DNA of 64,000 nucleotides from Eledone cirrhosa (GCA_964016885.1 OZ024758.1:11098001-11162000), one strand, 5' to 3'. Positions 29,243 through 42,223 are shown, counted from the first letter of the stretch. The notes: generated by a model not told the origin, from the sequence alone. Numbers and translations are program-made.

Positions 29243-29635
29243 GTGGCAGCACATGGCTTAGTGGTTAGAGCAATGGGCTTGCAATCGAAAGGTTGTGAGT
29301 TCAATTCTCAGACCGGGTGATGTGTTGTTTCCTTGAGCAAGCCACTTTATTTCACATTGCTCCAGTTTACTCAGCTGTAGAAATGAGATGATAGGGACTG
29401 GGGTCCCTATCATTCCACTGCAAAGTGGTCGTGGAGGTGCCACGGCAAAAAAGCACCCAGCCCACACTGTAAAGTGGTCGTGTAGGCGCCACGGAAAAAA
29501 AGCACCCACCACTCACTGTAAATGAGGTTGGTGTTAGGGAGGGCACCCAGCTAGAGAAATCAAGCCAGAATCAGTTCCCGTCCCACCCTTGCAAGCAGGG
29601 AAAAGCGGACGTAAATTGATGATGATGATGATGAT
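29243..29635 (+). mobile_element. SINE family B
   Basis: Full length with a (TGA)n tail and an internal duplication. Confidence 0.85.
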
Positions 29636-29904
29636 GTTACTCTGTTAATGTACTCCATCAGATTTAGCTTTATTTTAGGATTTGGCTTAGCAGTTTCTTG
29701 TGTTATTTTAATGTTTGTCGTTGTGTAGAGTACATCTAAAATGTGAGTTGTGGTATTTTGATGGGACATGAATATGTTTGTATATGCTATGAAATCAGAA
29801 TTATATATGTTGCACTATTGGGGTATGTGGTGGGTGGCCTGTGTAGTATTAATGAGTTGCAGCTGTCTAGATGGTGTGGGTTGTCTGAACTTCTGGGGTT
29901 GTTT

Positions 29905-30255
29905 ATGAAGGGGTGTGTGTTGTGTGCTATATGGCCTGTGTACCATTAATGAGTCACAGCTATCTAGAGTGTTGGTTGTCTGAACATCTGCTGCCTTAGT
30001 TTTAAGTATTGGTTATGTAAGGGTGTGTGTTGTGTGCTATATGGCCTGTGTACCATTATTGAGTCACAGCTATCTAGAGTGTTGGTTGTCTGAACTTCTA
30101 CTACCTTAGTTTTAAGTATTGGTTATGTAAGGGTGTGTGTTGTGTGCTATATGGCTTGTGTACCATTATTGAGTCACAGCTATCTAGAGTGTTGGTTGTC
30201 TGAACTTCTGCTGCCTTAGTTTTAAGTATTGGTTATGTAGGGGTGTGTGTTGTGT
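29905..30255. repeat. 110-bp tandem repeat, about 3 copies
   Basis: GGGTGTGTGTTGTG at 29911, 30021, 30131 and 30241. Confidence 0.9.
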
Positions 30256-30392
30256 TATTTTAGTAGGTAGTTATTGTAAAGGTGTGTTAAAGTTGACAGA
30301 TTGTACAGGTTGGGTTGTGTTACTGAATTGGTAATATTTTGTGTACAAGATAGGCTGTAGTACCTCATAACTTTTACATCCAGAACATGACA

Positions 30393-30428
<36 letters not shown>

Positions 30429-30845
30429 TTTTATGATTCATTAACATATGCTATGCTACACTAATGAGTTTATTTTGTAATTATTAGATTGTAAAATTTT
30501 ATGGAATTCCTCAATAAATAAATAAATAAATAAATGCCATACATTATTAGTGCATCTTGGAATGGATTAAATTCATTTGAATTTTGTAACTAATTAGATC
30601 ATTATTATTATTATTATTATTACTATTATTATTTTTATCATAACTATTATTATTATAATTATTAAAACCCTTTGTGGTTAATAAAGAAAACATTATTATT
30701 ATTATTAGTAGTAGTAGTATTAGTAGTAGTAGTAGTATTAGTATTATTATTCCTACTATTTTCAATTCCTAAAATTTCTTTTGCTAAATAAAAAAAAGAA
30801 GAAGCTGTTGGGTGAACAGAGAAACTGTTTCCGATAACAATGTAC

Positions 30846-31026
30846 CTGAATAACACTCGTTAATTGTCCCAGTTTCATTTTGAGCAATGCAATTTCATCC
30901 ATAACTTGTGAGAATGTATCAGCGTCAATGAGCACTACCTCTTTGCCATCAACAACGAATGATGTCACCTCAGAGTTGGCAGGTAAACACAGTAGTGAAC
31001 CTGCTACACTTGAACTATCACCTTCC
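30846..31026 (-). CDS. Second coding exon (R)EGDSSSVAGSLLCLPANSEVTSFVVDGKEVVLIDADTFSQVMDEIALLKMKLGQLTSVIQ; ends in a coiled-coil-like helix
   Basis: Acceptor TTTATCTCTTTACAG|G and donor CAG|GTACAT. 181 nt; the phase matches the upstream exon (AG+G = Arg) and the exon is open throughout. Confidence 0.85.
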
Positions 31027-32027
31027 CTGTAAAGAGATAAACATTAACTGTTATAATTGGTGGGTCTACTATGGAAGGATAACAGGATAATAAAAGGAAA
31101 ACATAAAAACTGTTATGGTTGATGGGACTACTATGGAAGGACAATGAGAGATCAATAATAAAAATCAATTTCTCATTTCAAAATTCAAAACCAACAAATC
31201 ATTTCCCTATGGAGTTTCATCTATCAGATCACTTTTTTGTTTTCCTTCACAGTGTGTCACGATAAGTCTAAAGACCAAGGAGGGAGACCCTGAGCAAGAT
31301 GGTTGAATAACAGCCACGAGCTCGTCTGGTCTGAATCCCAACCATTTCAGAGATACAACACACCATAGAATGCAGTAGAAAGTCTGTAAAACTGACAAAC
31401 ATAATATTTCATTCAGATTTTATGTGTTAAAATTTATACTTGAGGTTAAACCTCAATTAATCATTTCGCTACCATATTTTTAATGAAAGACACTTCCTTT
31501 GATTTTCAAATCATTTTGAAGATAATCAATAATTTAAAAAGAGTAAAATAACTTTCTGATTTTTAAGCCAATGTTTGGAACAACAATTCTTAAAGATTCT
31601 TAGGCAAAATTATGATGGAAGATTTTAGATTAATATAAATAGTTTAAAATGATCAACTTTGTATGATAGAACCAGAGGTGGGTTTGGGTGGTTTGGTATC
31701 AAAAGAATTAAAGAATTTCATTTTGTAAAAAACTGCTTCCATGACATTTTACAGAAATGTCTGTCCCTACCTCTCACAATGTTCAATAACATTATTTAAC
31801 AATTACAAATGAAAGAAAATTATGAAGATGGTATAGAAAGAGGATATTGGTGATATTGGTATTATTGGTGGAACCAATAGGTTAAGAATATTGAAACTTT
31901 TCCTAAATTTCATGACTGACATTTAATTCTAGAATTTAAGATAGATTTTTTTTTTGAAAAACCACCGACACATTACATACAATAGAATAAACAGAAATAT
32001 AACATCTAACCTTCCTAAAAATTGATT

Positions 32028-32280
32028 AAGGCTACACATCTCAACACACTCCCAAACACATCAGATTACACAACTCAACACATCAGGCTACACAGCTCAA
32101 CACACTCCCAAACACATCAGGCTACACAGCTCAACACATCCCAACACACTCCCAAACACATCAGATTACACAGCTCAACACATCAGGCTACACAGCTCAA
32201 CACATCTCAACACACTCCCAAACACATCAGGCTACACAGCTCAACACATCAGGTTACACATCCCAACATACTCCCAAACA
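32028..32280. repeat. Composite tandem repeat (ACACATCAGGCTACACAGCTCA / ACACACTCCCAA)
   Basis: Directly visible. Confidence 0.85.
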
Positions 32281-32819
32281 TGTGTGTGCTTGTATGGACA
32301 TACAGATACTCCCCATACATACATAAACACATACATACATACATACGCATACACACTAAAACAAGAAGACAAGGAATAATTCACTTTTCAATAATCAAAG
32401 GTTAAAGCTAATGTATGTATATCATCATCATATATATATATATATATATGTATATGTAACTTTCAGTTTTTAACTGTATATAGTACTATAGCAGATCTCT
32501 TTTGTGTTGGACATGTTCCATCATAGAGTGGTGGGGGAGGGAGATATTTATATTTTCATCTCCACAAATAAAATAAGAATGTTTGAGAGAGAGATGGGAG
32601 AAAAGATATATATATATATATATATATATAAAAAGAGAGAGAGAGAGAGAGGGGGGGGGGAGAGAGGGGGAGAGAGAGAGAAAGGGGGAGAGAGAGAGAG
32701 AAAGAGAGAGAGGCATTGGCAAGGGAAATAGATTGTAAATCATGTTTATTGTAAAACTTTGAATGTAAACATGTTTACTAGATCAAATAAGATGAAAGAG
32801 TCATATGCGTGTCTTTGGT

Positions 32820-32850
<31 letters not shown>

Positions 32851-33018
32851 TAAATATTTGCTCTACGGTTCTTATATATCTGATATATGTTTATCCTTAT
32901 CGAGCCCTCTTTGGATTTTAGTCTTCAAATTTATTATTATTACTATATATATATATATATATATCATCAACATCATCATCATCGTTTAACGTCCATGTTC
33001 CACGCTTGCATGGGTTTG

Positions 33019-33056
<38 letters not shown>

Positions 33057-33459
33057 ATATATATATCCTAATAAATTTATGAAATATATATATATATATA
33101 TGCTTATAAATTTATGAAATATATATATATATGCTTATAAATTTATGAAATATATATATATATATATATATACTTATATATGTGCTTATAAAATATATAT
33201 ATATATATGCTTATAAATTTATGAAATATGCAAGCGTGGAACACGGACGTTAAACGTTGATGATGATGATGATGATGCTTATAAATTTATGAAATATATA
33301 TATATATATACTTATAAGTTTATGAAATTTATTAATTTATATATATATATATATATATATGTTTACTTTCTCAAATTGGAGGTTGTATGTCTAATCACAC
33401 ACACACACACACACACACAGATTCACACACACACACTAACACAACCATGTACTTAAGTA

Positions 33460-33640
33460 TAATTGTTTCTACTTTAGGCCAGCAATCACCCAGTGCATTA
33501 CTGGTACTTTATTTTATCGACCCCGTAAGGATGAAAGGCAAAGTCAACCTCGGCGGGATTTGAACTCAGATCATAAAGGGACGTAACTATGCTGGAAAGC
33601 ATGGCGTCCGACCCTCTACCGATACTCCCAATCCACCGCC
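33460..33640 (-). mobile_element. SINE family A
   Basis: Match to 237-422 with a small deletion. Confidence 0.85.
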
Positions 33641-34002
33641 TAGTGTACTTAAGTATAATGTGTATTATTAACCTCATAGCCATCTTCAATTTTGTAAATG
33701 TTTATCAGAAGCAAAATAAAGACCACTCCATTCCGATAATAGACTAAAATTGAAGTAGATTTTTATTGAAGTTGACGTTTTATAAGATGACTGTATCTTT
33801 TCTGATGTGGCAGTTTGGAAAATAACTTAAACAAATTATTTTATAGATATTCCATTTGAAAAACATTTGATGATGTGATGTTTCAAATAATGGCCACAAA
33901 ATTTTGATTTGAATAAAATGTATATAATACATACATGAATTTGTATAGGATACTTATATATCTATATATCATCATCACCGTATATCTATCTCCCCACCAC
34001 CA

Positions 34003-34051
<49 letters not shown>

Positions 34052-34052
34052 A

Positions 34053-34693
34053 TGGAGGCACATGGCTTAGTGGTTAGAGCATTGGCCTTGCAATGGAAAG
34101 GTTGTGAGTTCAATTCTCAGACCGAGTGATGTGTTGTTTCCTTGAGCAAGACACTTTATTTCACATTGCTCCAGGCAAAAAAACACCCAGCCCACACTGT
34201 AAAGTGGTCGTTTCGGTGCCACGGCAAAAACCACCCAGCACTCACTGTAAATGAGGTTGGTGTTAGGAAGGGCATCCAGCTGTAGAAATCAAGCCAGAAT
34301 CAGTTCCCGTCCCACCCTTGCAAGCAGGGAAAAGTGGACGTAAAATGAAATGAAATGAAATGAATGGAGGCACATGGCTTAGTGGTTAGAGCATTGGCCT
34401 TGCAATCGAAAGGTTGTGAGTTCAATTCTCAGACCGGGTCATGTGTGGTTTCCTTGAGCAAGACACTTTATTTCACATTGCTCCAGTTTACTCAGCTGTA
34501 GAAATGAGATGATAGGGACTGAGGTCCCTATAATTCCACTGCAAAGTGGTCGTGGAGGTGCCACGGCAAAAAAGCACCCAGCACTCACTGTAAATGAGGT
34601 TGGTATTAGGAAGGGCATCCAGCTGTAGAAATCAAGCCAGAATCAGTTCCCGTCCCACCCTTGCAAGCAGGGAAAAAGCGAACGTAAAATGAT
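34053..34693 (+). mobile_element. Two tandem SINE family B copies (the first internally deleted)
   Basis: 34053-34362 and 34365-34693. Confidence 0.85.
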
Positions 34694-34720
34694 ATTTGAT
34701 TTTTTTTATTTATACACCAC

Positions 34721-34799
<79 letters not shown>

Positions 34800-34935
34800 G
34801 ATAGATGTGGGTGGGGTGTGTCTGGAACGTTAAAACTTTTTTCCTACTATCAAGCATTAAGCTAATATATTTCTTCATTGTACTGTGTTGTTTGCTTTGT
34901 TATTTTTGTTTACTTTTTGCTTATATATATATATG

Positions 34936-34979
<44 letters not shown>

Positions 34980-35299
34980 GTGCACACACAGAGACATACA
35001 GACTCATACAACAGGCAGTATCTAACTGCTGCCAAAATCACTCACACGACATTGACACCCACATACACACATATACATATATATATGTGTTATATAACAG
35101 TGTGTATATGTGTTAAGACATTGGTTTACCGAAGGCTATAAAAGCTATTTACTGAAAGTGCAATGCAGTCATTCTGAAGCCTGGAACAATATTCCACCAA
35201 GCTGGCCGTTGGCAATTCCAGAGTAACAAGACAAAAGACATTAACATAACACGTGCTAGCAGGGAAAATGGCTGATCTAATCATATATATATATATATA

Positions 35300-35613
35300 T
35301 CATCATCATCATCATTTCATTTTACGTCCACTTTTTCCCTGCTTGCAAGGGTGGGACGGGAACTGATTCTGGCTTGATTTCTACAGCTGGATGCCCTTCC
35401 TAACACCAACCTCATTTACAGTGAGTGCTGGGTGGTTTTTGCCGTGGCACCGAAACGACCACTTTACAGTGTGGGCTGGGTGTTTTTTTGCCTGGAGCAA
35501 TGTGAAATAAAGTGTCTTGCTCAAGGAAACAACACATCACTCGGTCTGAGAATTGAAGTCACAACCTTTCCATTGCAAGGCCAATGCTCTAACCACTAAG
35601 CCATGTGCCTCCA
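35300..35613 (-). mobile_element. SINE family B, same deletion variant as 34053-34362
   Basis: Near-exact reverse complement including the CTCCAG|GCAAAA junction. Confidence 0.85.
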
Positions 35614-36468
35614 TACAATATTTATTAGAATTCTGTTGAAGTGTGTATACTTTTTTTTTATATATATCCTAAGGTTACACATACATATTAAGTGTATGAA
35701 ATTTTTATTATATATATATATCATCTCTATGGTGAATGGAATTATATTTTCACCAGTAAAGCAGGGATTAACATTGCAAGCCCCATGGGAACCTTTTAAA
35801 GGCAATGTTTTACAATCCTTCCTGGACCCAACCCTTTCAGTCACTTCTTATAACATACTTATTTTAAACTGAATATACAGACATCATTATCATCATCATT
35901 TAATGTATGTTTTCCCTGCTAGCATGGGTTGGACAGATCGACATAGACCAGGTCACTACGGAAGTGGAACAACTGATCTCTCAGACAGGCCAGGGAGTCT
36001 ACATGTTTATATGCAGTTTCAAGTTCTATCAAATGCACAGGAAAGGTTGTCATGTCCTTGACACAAACTGAAGGGTCTTCTCAACCCATTGTTTGGCAAC
36101 CCTTCCAGAGAGAGAGAGGTGGGGAGACCCTAAAAACTGACAATTCACTGCAGAGAGAGCAGAATAAAAATACTGAGATATATTAAACCCCCACACCATA
36201 CTCCCAAGACCCTTAATACTCTACCAATTCACTGTCTTAATTAAATGACACTTAGTTAAAATATAAAATGGACAACTAGAGAAATGTGTTTCATCATTTG
36301 AATTGTTTTCATGCAATTTCCAAGATAATTTCTAGCAGAATTGTCTAAAAGTAGATAACTGGAAATTGAAGATAGCTTCAACTAACCTAGTCACATATAC
36401 TCACACACATACACACATTATATATATACATACATACATACATACACACACACCTATATATCTATCTA

Positions 36469-36534
<66 letters not shown>

Positions 36535-36542
36535 CACACACA

Positions 36543-36578
<36 letters not shown>

Positions 36579-36582
36579 CACA

Positions 36583-36618
<36 letters not shown>

Positions 36619-36649
36619 CACACCTATATATATATACACTGACACAAAC

Positions 36650-36680
<31 letters not shown>

Positions 36681-36688
36681 CACACTTA

Positions 36689-36733
<45 letters not shown>

Positions 36734-37042
36734 TGACACAAACATATATATATATATTCAATTATTACATCAAATTTAGCTGTCTTAGCTGTCAAGAAAA
36801 TATCTTAATGAATAAATTCAATGAAATTTAACTCAAATATATTTCACCTTTAACCCTTTTCTTACCAAATTCCTAATTAAAGTCGCCAACTATGGTTCTC
36901 AAATAATTTTGAAAATTATCACAAATTTGGAAAGATTTAGTAATATATCTAACCTGCTCATTATTAAGATAATATTTGGAACATGACTTAACAAAGGTTC
37001 TTACATAAAATTATGATGGAAGGTTTTTTTTTTGTAGATAAA

Positions 37043-37720
37043 TATATCTCACTCCCATAAAACATGGCACTCCCCAACACATGACCCAACCATCTCATTC
37101 CATTTCCCTTCCCAACATTCATCACTGGCCCTATTCCTCTCAGCCAGTCATGGCTATCCTCACCACATGACCTAACCGTCTCACTCCCATAAAACATGGT
37201 ACTCCTCACCACATGACCCAACCATCTCATTCATCACTGGCCCTATTCCTCTCAGCCAGTCACTTCTATCCTCACCACATGACCCAACCATGGCACTCCT
37301 CACCACATGACCCAACCATCTCACTTCCATAAAACATGGCATTCCTCAACACATGACCTACCCATCTCACTCCCATAAAACATGGCACTCCTCACCACAT
37401 GACCCAACCGTCTCACTCCCATAAAACATGGCACTCCTCAGCACATGACCCAACCATCTCACTCCCATAAAACATGGCACTCCTCACCACATGACCCAAC
37501 CATCTCACTTCCATAAAACATGGCATTCCTCAATACATGACCTACCATCTCACTCCCATAAAACATGGCACTCCTCACCACATGACCCAACCATCTCACT
37601 CCCATAAAACATGGATAGCATTCCTCAGCACATGACCTACCCATCTCACTCCCATAAAACATGGCACTCCTCAGCACATGACCCAACCATCTCACTCCCA
37701 TAAAGCATGGTACTCTTCAA
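37043..37720 (-). repeat. 46-bp minisatellite derived from RTE LINE coding motifs
   Basis: Minus-strand unit TGGTGAGGAGTGCCATGTTTTATGGGAGTGAGATGGTTGGGTCATG encodes VRSAMFYGSE and RWLGHV in overlapping frames. Segment 37070-37140 is homologous to 11565-11632. Confidence 0.9.
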
Positions 37721-37848
37721 CTCCTCACACATGCAATATACATCTTCCCCTTCAGGTTCAGTTATATTTTACAACAATAAAATGATGAAATGGTAAACCA
37801 CATTAACATAAACAACTGCAATAATAAACATAAAGTCTTTATATTTAC

Positions 37849-38819
37849 CTTGATCCCAAAAGTGATTGGCTAGATAGTTGTTTCTTCACAAGATCCTGAA
37901 GCTTGCTCTCTCTTGTCGCTAACAAGATATTGTCTGTAGACTGAACGCTGAAGCGATCCTTATTCTCAATCCGTTTTTCACATACACTCATGCATCTCTT
38001 GTTGCCCGGCAACACAGAGCTGCTACAGTTTGTACTAGAAGAAATATCTACATTGCTGTCATTTGCTGTAGATGTTGGCGATTTGGGACCATATTTTGAG
38101 ATGCTTACTGAATCTCCATCTCTGTCTTCACCAGAAAACTCTATAGAGTCAAAATGTGCCAGTGGGGCATGGAGGCTGACATCATCAACAAAAATATCAG
38201 AAACTTGACTTGTCGTACGGTCCATGCTGGTGACCATAGTCCGCGTCCAGTCTAAACTGTCCGTAGACTTCCAAGAAAGTCTGCTGGACTTTCTCTCGAT
38301 CCGTCCTTTACATTTCGGTTTACGGTGAATAACGCTAGTTTCATAGGGTCTCCTGGGCTGCGGCGGTAGTTTAGCAGCGGAGGCTCTTGATGCCGTTGTC
38401 CACTCAACATTACTCTCCGGTAATTTGGTCAAATATTCAAATTTACAGTGACCGTTTACTTCACAGTTCTCTCCACAAGCACATGGCCCATTATCAATTA
38501 GTTCAAATGTATCTGTTGCTTCCCGTAACTCACTGTTTTCAACAAGCTCCTTTGTCTCTTTGTTACACTGTGAAGATACCAAACTCTCAATACCACTGTC
38601 AATCGTGTTAATTTTCACTTCCTCTCCTTTCTCTTGTGCACTTACAGCACTCGACTGAGACGCTGATGCCGGTTGCCCACTTTGGTCCTTCACAGGTTTG
38701 TACACGTACAGTGATCCGTTTGGTTGGTGGCGCCCTCCGACAGAATCTTTAGGAATTGGTGGACTCCTCGTGTTACTCTCAGCGGCATCATGACCTGACT
38801 TAGAGTAACACGTTCCCAT
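37849..38819 (-). CDS. First coding exon (323 codons + 2 nt) of an unidentified gene; Ser-rich, probably disordered N-terminus with a predicted myristoylation/palmitoylation motif
   Basis: Non-repetitive 324-aa ORF. Acceptor TTTTTTCTCCTCTATTTCAG|G at 38855, with an in-frame TGA between the acceptor and the ATG. N-terminus MGTCYSK. Donor AAG|GTAAAT at 37849/37848 (phase 2). Confidence 0.85.
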
Positions 38820-38920
38820 ATTGATTTCAGGGTATCAGTCCAGTTTATAAGTGACCTGAAATAGAGGAGAAAAAACAACAATAATAATAATAATTATAAT
38901 AATAATAACAACAATAATAA

Positions 38921-39857
38921 TGTATCTATAAAAACATTTGAAAAATTGAGCAAGTATAAGGACCTGGAGATGGAAATTGAAAAATGTGGAAATTGAGAAC
39001 TAAAACAATACCAGTGGTTGTAGGCGCTCTAGGAATGATACCTAAGGGGTCTAATGATTATTTATCCCAAATCCCAGGAAATACAAAAGATAGTACTAAT
39101 GGGAACTGTATAGGAGAAATACAAAAGATAGTACTAATGGGAACTGTATAGGAGAAATACAAAAGATAGTACTAATGGGAACTGTATAGGAGAAATACAA
39201 AAGATAGTACTAATGGGAACTGTATAGGAGAAATACAAAAGATAGTACTAATGGGAACTGTATAGGAGAAATACAAAAGATAGTACTAATGGAAACTGTA
39301 TAGGAGAAATACAAAAGATAGTACTAATGGGAACTGTATAGGAGAAATACAAAAGATAGTACTAATGGGAACTGTATAGGAGAAATACAAAAGATAGTAC
39401 TAATGGGAACTGTATAGGAGAAATACAAAAGATAGTACTAATGGAAACTGTATAGGAGAAATACAAAAGATAGTACTAATGGGAACTGTATAGGAGAAAT
39501 ACAAAAGATAGTACTAATGGGAACTGTATAGGAGAAATACAAAAGATAATACTAATGGAAACTGTATAGGAGAAATACAAAAGATAGTACTAATGGAAAC
39601 TGTATAGGAGAAATACAAAAGATAGTACTAATGGGAACTGTATAGGAGAAATACAAAAGATAGTACTAATGGGAACTGCCCATATACTAAGGAAGATTCT
39701 GTCAATATAAGTACATCACAAATCTAAACACCTAAAGATGCATGTGTGTGTATGTATGTTCTTTCTTGAACATGGCGGACCTTGTTGTCTCTTGGGGTCA
39801 CTGGTTGTGACTTGGTGATAACTCGTATGAACATAAAGCAAGATAAATGCAACTGTA
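38921..39857 (+). mobile_element. 5'-truncated Dong/R4-clade non-LTR retrotransposon (C-terminal REL endonuclease end plus 3' UTR) in a (TAA)n tract
   Basis: Translates EKLSKYKDLEMEIEK/WKLRTKTIPVVVGALGMIPKG...IPG...EIQKIVLMGTAHILRKILSI*. Flanked by (TAA)n on both sides, the known Dong target. Confidence 0.8.
39078..39678 (+). repeat. 38-bp minisatellite, about 16 copies, inside the Dong/R4 ORF end
   Basis: Unit GAAATACAAAAGATAGTACTAATGGGAACTGTATAGGA (encodes EIQKIVLMGT). Confidence 0.95.
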
Positions 39858-39875
39858 ATAATAATAATCATAATA

Positions 39876-40044
39876 ATTGTTTCTGCTATTATCCCAGTAC
39901 ATTACTGGTACTTTATTTTATCGACCCCCGTAAGGATGAAAGGCAAAGTTAACCTCGGCGGGATTTGAACTCAGAATGGCAAGGGCCGTAACTCTATGCG
40001 TCAAAGCATGGCGTCCGACCCTCTACCGATACTGCCAATCCACC
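39876..40044 (-). mobile_element. SINE family A
   Basis: Match to the family; lies in (TAA)n. Confidence 0.85.
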
Positions 40045-40076
<32 letters not shown>

Positions 40077-40954
40077 TTCTTTATTAGCCACACAGGGCTC
40101 ACATTAAGGAAACATTAAAGACAATACAGGATGATACAGTCTGGGTTTTTCTTTGTGTAAAATAAAATTTATAAAAGAGACTCAGAAAATAAACATTTAA
40201 AACAAATAACTTCCCCAACCCAAAGGTGAGGAGACTAAGGGTCACTTGTGTAGAAATCCTACAAAATCCATGGTCATCCTGTCCGCTAGGGCAAAGTGCC
40301 CTCTCCCAGTTTTTCTACTCCAAAAGATGATTTGGACAACACAAAGGCAAGATACAAATAATGCACAGTGGGATTGGGTTTATATGGGGTTTATAGGTGG
40401 TTTTTATAGAGTCTTGTAAAAATAGGGTCATAAAAAATCAAGTGTCTCGCTCAAGGATACAAAACATTGTCAGGAACTGAACTTATGACCCTACAATTGT
40501 GATCCGAACATCCTAACCACTAAGTCACACACCTTCACATACATACACACACACACAGATCTTTTAACACAATCAAAACATAAAATTAAAAAAAAATAAA
40601 TAAAGTTTATCAAAATTCCCAGGGAAGTGGGGGGGGGGGGGCAGTTTTAGGGTTTGGGGATTGGATGAAACAGGGTTACAAATACAGGAGATTAGGGAGT
40701 CCTGGCAAACAAGTTGAGAATGACTAAGGTAGGATCTAAAAATAAACAGGTCCACAGAGATATTGTTTAACTCAGTAGTACGTTAATAAACTGAACAGTA
40801 GGGTTGGCCCTTACTAGATTATTTCACACTAGATTTTAAAAAGGGAGTAAGGTTATATGGTAGTGGTGATGGTGGTGGTGAGGGGTGATGGTGGTGGTGA
40901 GGGGCTAGGTTGGGGGGTGGGGGGCAAAGTAAGAAGGGAGTAGGTTCATATTAC

Positions 40955-41038
40955 CTCTTCTTCAAATCTAGGTAGGTGCTTGTTTATGTAGGTAGGGAGG
41001 GTAGAGCAGGGGGCTGGGGTTTTGTGGGGTGGCTCCAT
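40955..41038 (-). other. Candidate upstream exon or uORF (MEPPHKTPAPCSTLPTYINKHLPRFEEE) ending at a donor
   Basis: ATG at 41038, 28 open codons, donor GAG|GTAATA; about 2.1 kb upstream of the 38855 acceptor. Confidence 0.2.
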
Positions 41039-41129
41039 CTGTTGTTGTTGTTTGATCTTCCTCTGCCAGGAACAGTCATCATATCACATGATAATAATAC
41101 ACTAAATCAATCTTTGTGAGGAGTGTGAG

Positions 41130-41341
41130 TCCCAGGTTTAATCAACGGGGTAACCACAGTAAGGTACTAAATACAAAATACATTGGTAGGGTGTATACAA
41201 CAAATATAATATAGAAATGGCTTCTACAGGAGTAGAACTGTTTCATTCGAGGGGAATCATCAAGAAAGCCCTTTCCTGGTGATTTCCTTTGAATGAAACA
41301 GTTCTAGTCCTGTAAAAGCGATTTCTATATTATATTTGTTA
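41130..41341 (-). mobile_element. Same hammerhead-palindrome family (diverged copy)
   Basis: Inverted arms spanning 41198-41341 with mutated cores (CTGGTGA and TTGATGA). Shares the flank GGTAACCACAGTAAG...GTACT with 53006-53030. Confidence 0.6.
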
Positions 41342-42184
41342 TATATATATACATATATATATATATATAACAAATATAAATATATATATGTATATATACT
41401 AAGTGACTGAAAGCTTTAAGTTTCAGGCATCCAACACTGAGACACATGTAAATGTGCAAGTGCATGTGTGTGTGTGTTTGCATCTGTATGTGTATGTGTG
41501 TGTGTGTTTGCATCTGTGTGTGTGTGTTTGCATCTGTATGTGTATGTGTGTTTGCATCTGTATGTGTATGTGTGTTTACAACTGTACATGTGTGTGTGTG
41601 GCGTGTGAATAGGAATTAGAAAGTAAATGTGAGCAGATGAAATGTTGAAAGGTGGAGAGGTAGACATACACACATACACATACATACACACGCACACACA
41701 CACACACACACATTAAAAAAGAGGGGGCTGTGTCTTATGTAAGCTAATCCCCTAACTGGACCAAAACTAACTCATCCACATCAAAAAAATAAGTTAAGTA
41801 CTCTGTCATACTCCCCACACATACACACACACAGACATACAGAGACAGTCACACACACACACTGACATATACAGACTGACATACACACACACATACAGAC
41901 ATACACAGACTGACATACACACACACACACACACACACAGTCATACAGACATAGACAGTCACACACAGACATACACACACACATAGTCACACAGACTGAC
42001 ATACACACACACACACACAGACAGTCACACACACACCAACACACACACACACACAGACTGACATACACACACACCGACATATACACACACACAGACTGAC
42101 ATACACACACACACACACACACACAGACAGTCACACACACAGACATACACAGACAGTCACACACACACAGGCATACACAGACAG

Positions 42185-42223
<39 letters not shown>

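Noticed and set aside
34053-34125. tRNA gene-like sequence with A and B boxes
   Set aside because: It is the tRNA-derived head of SINE B and continues into the CORE domain; there is no proper acceptor stem or terminator.
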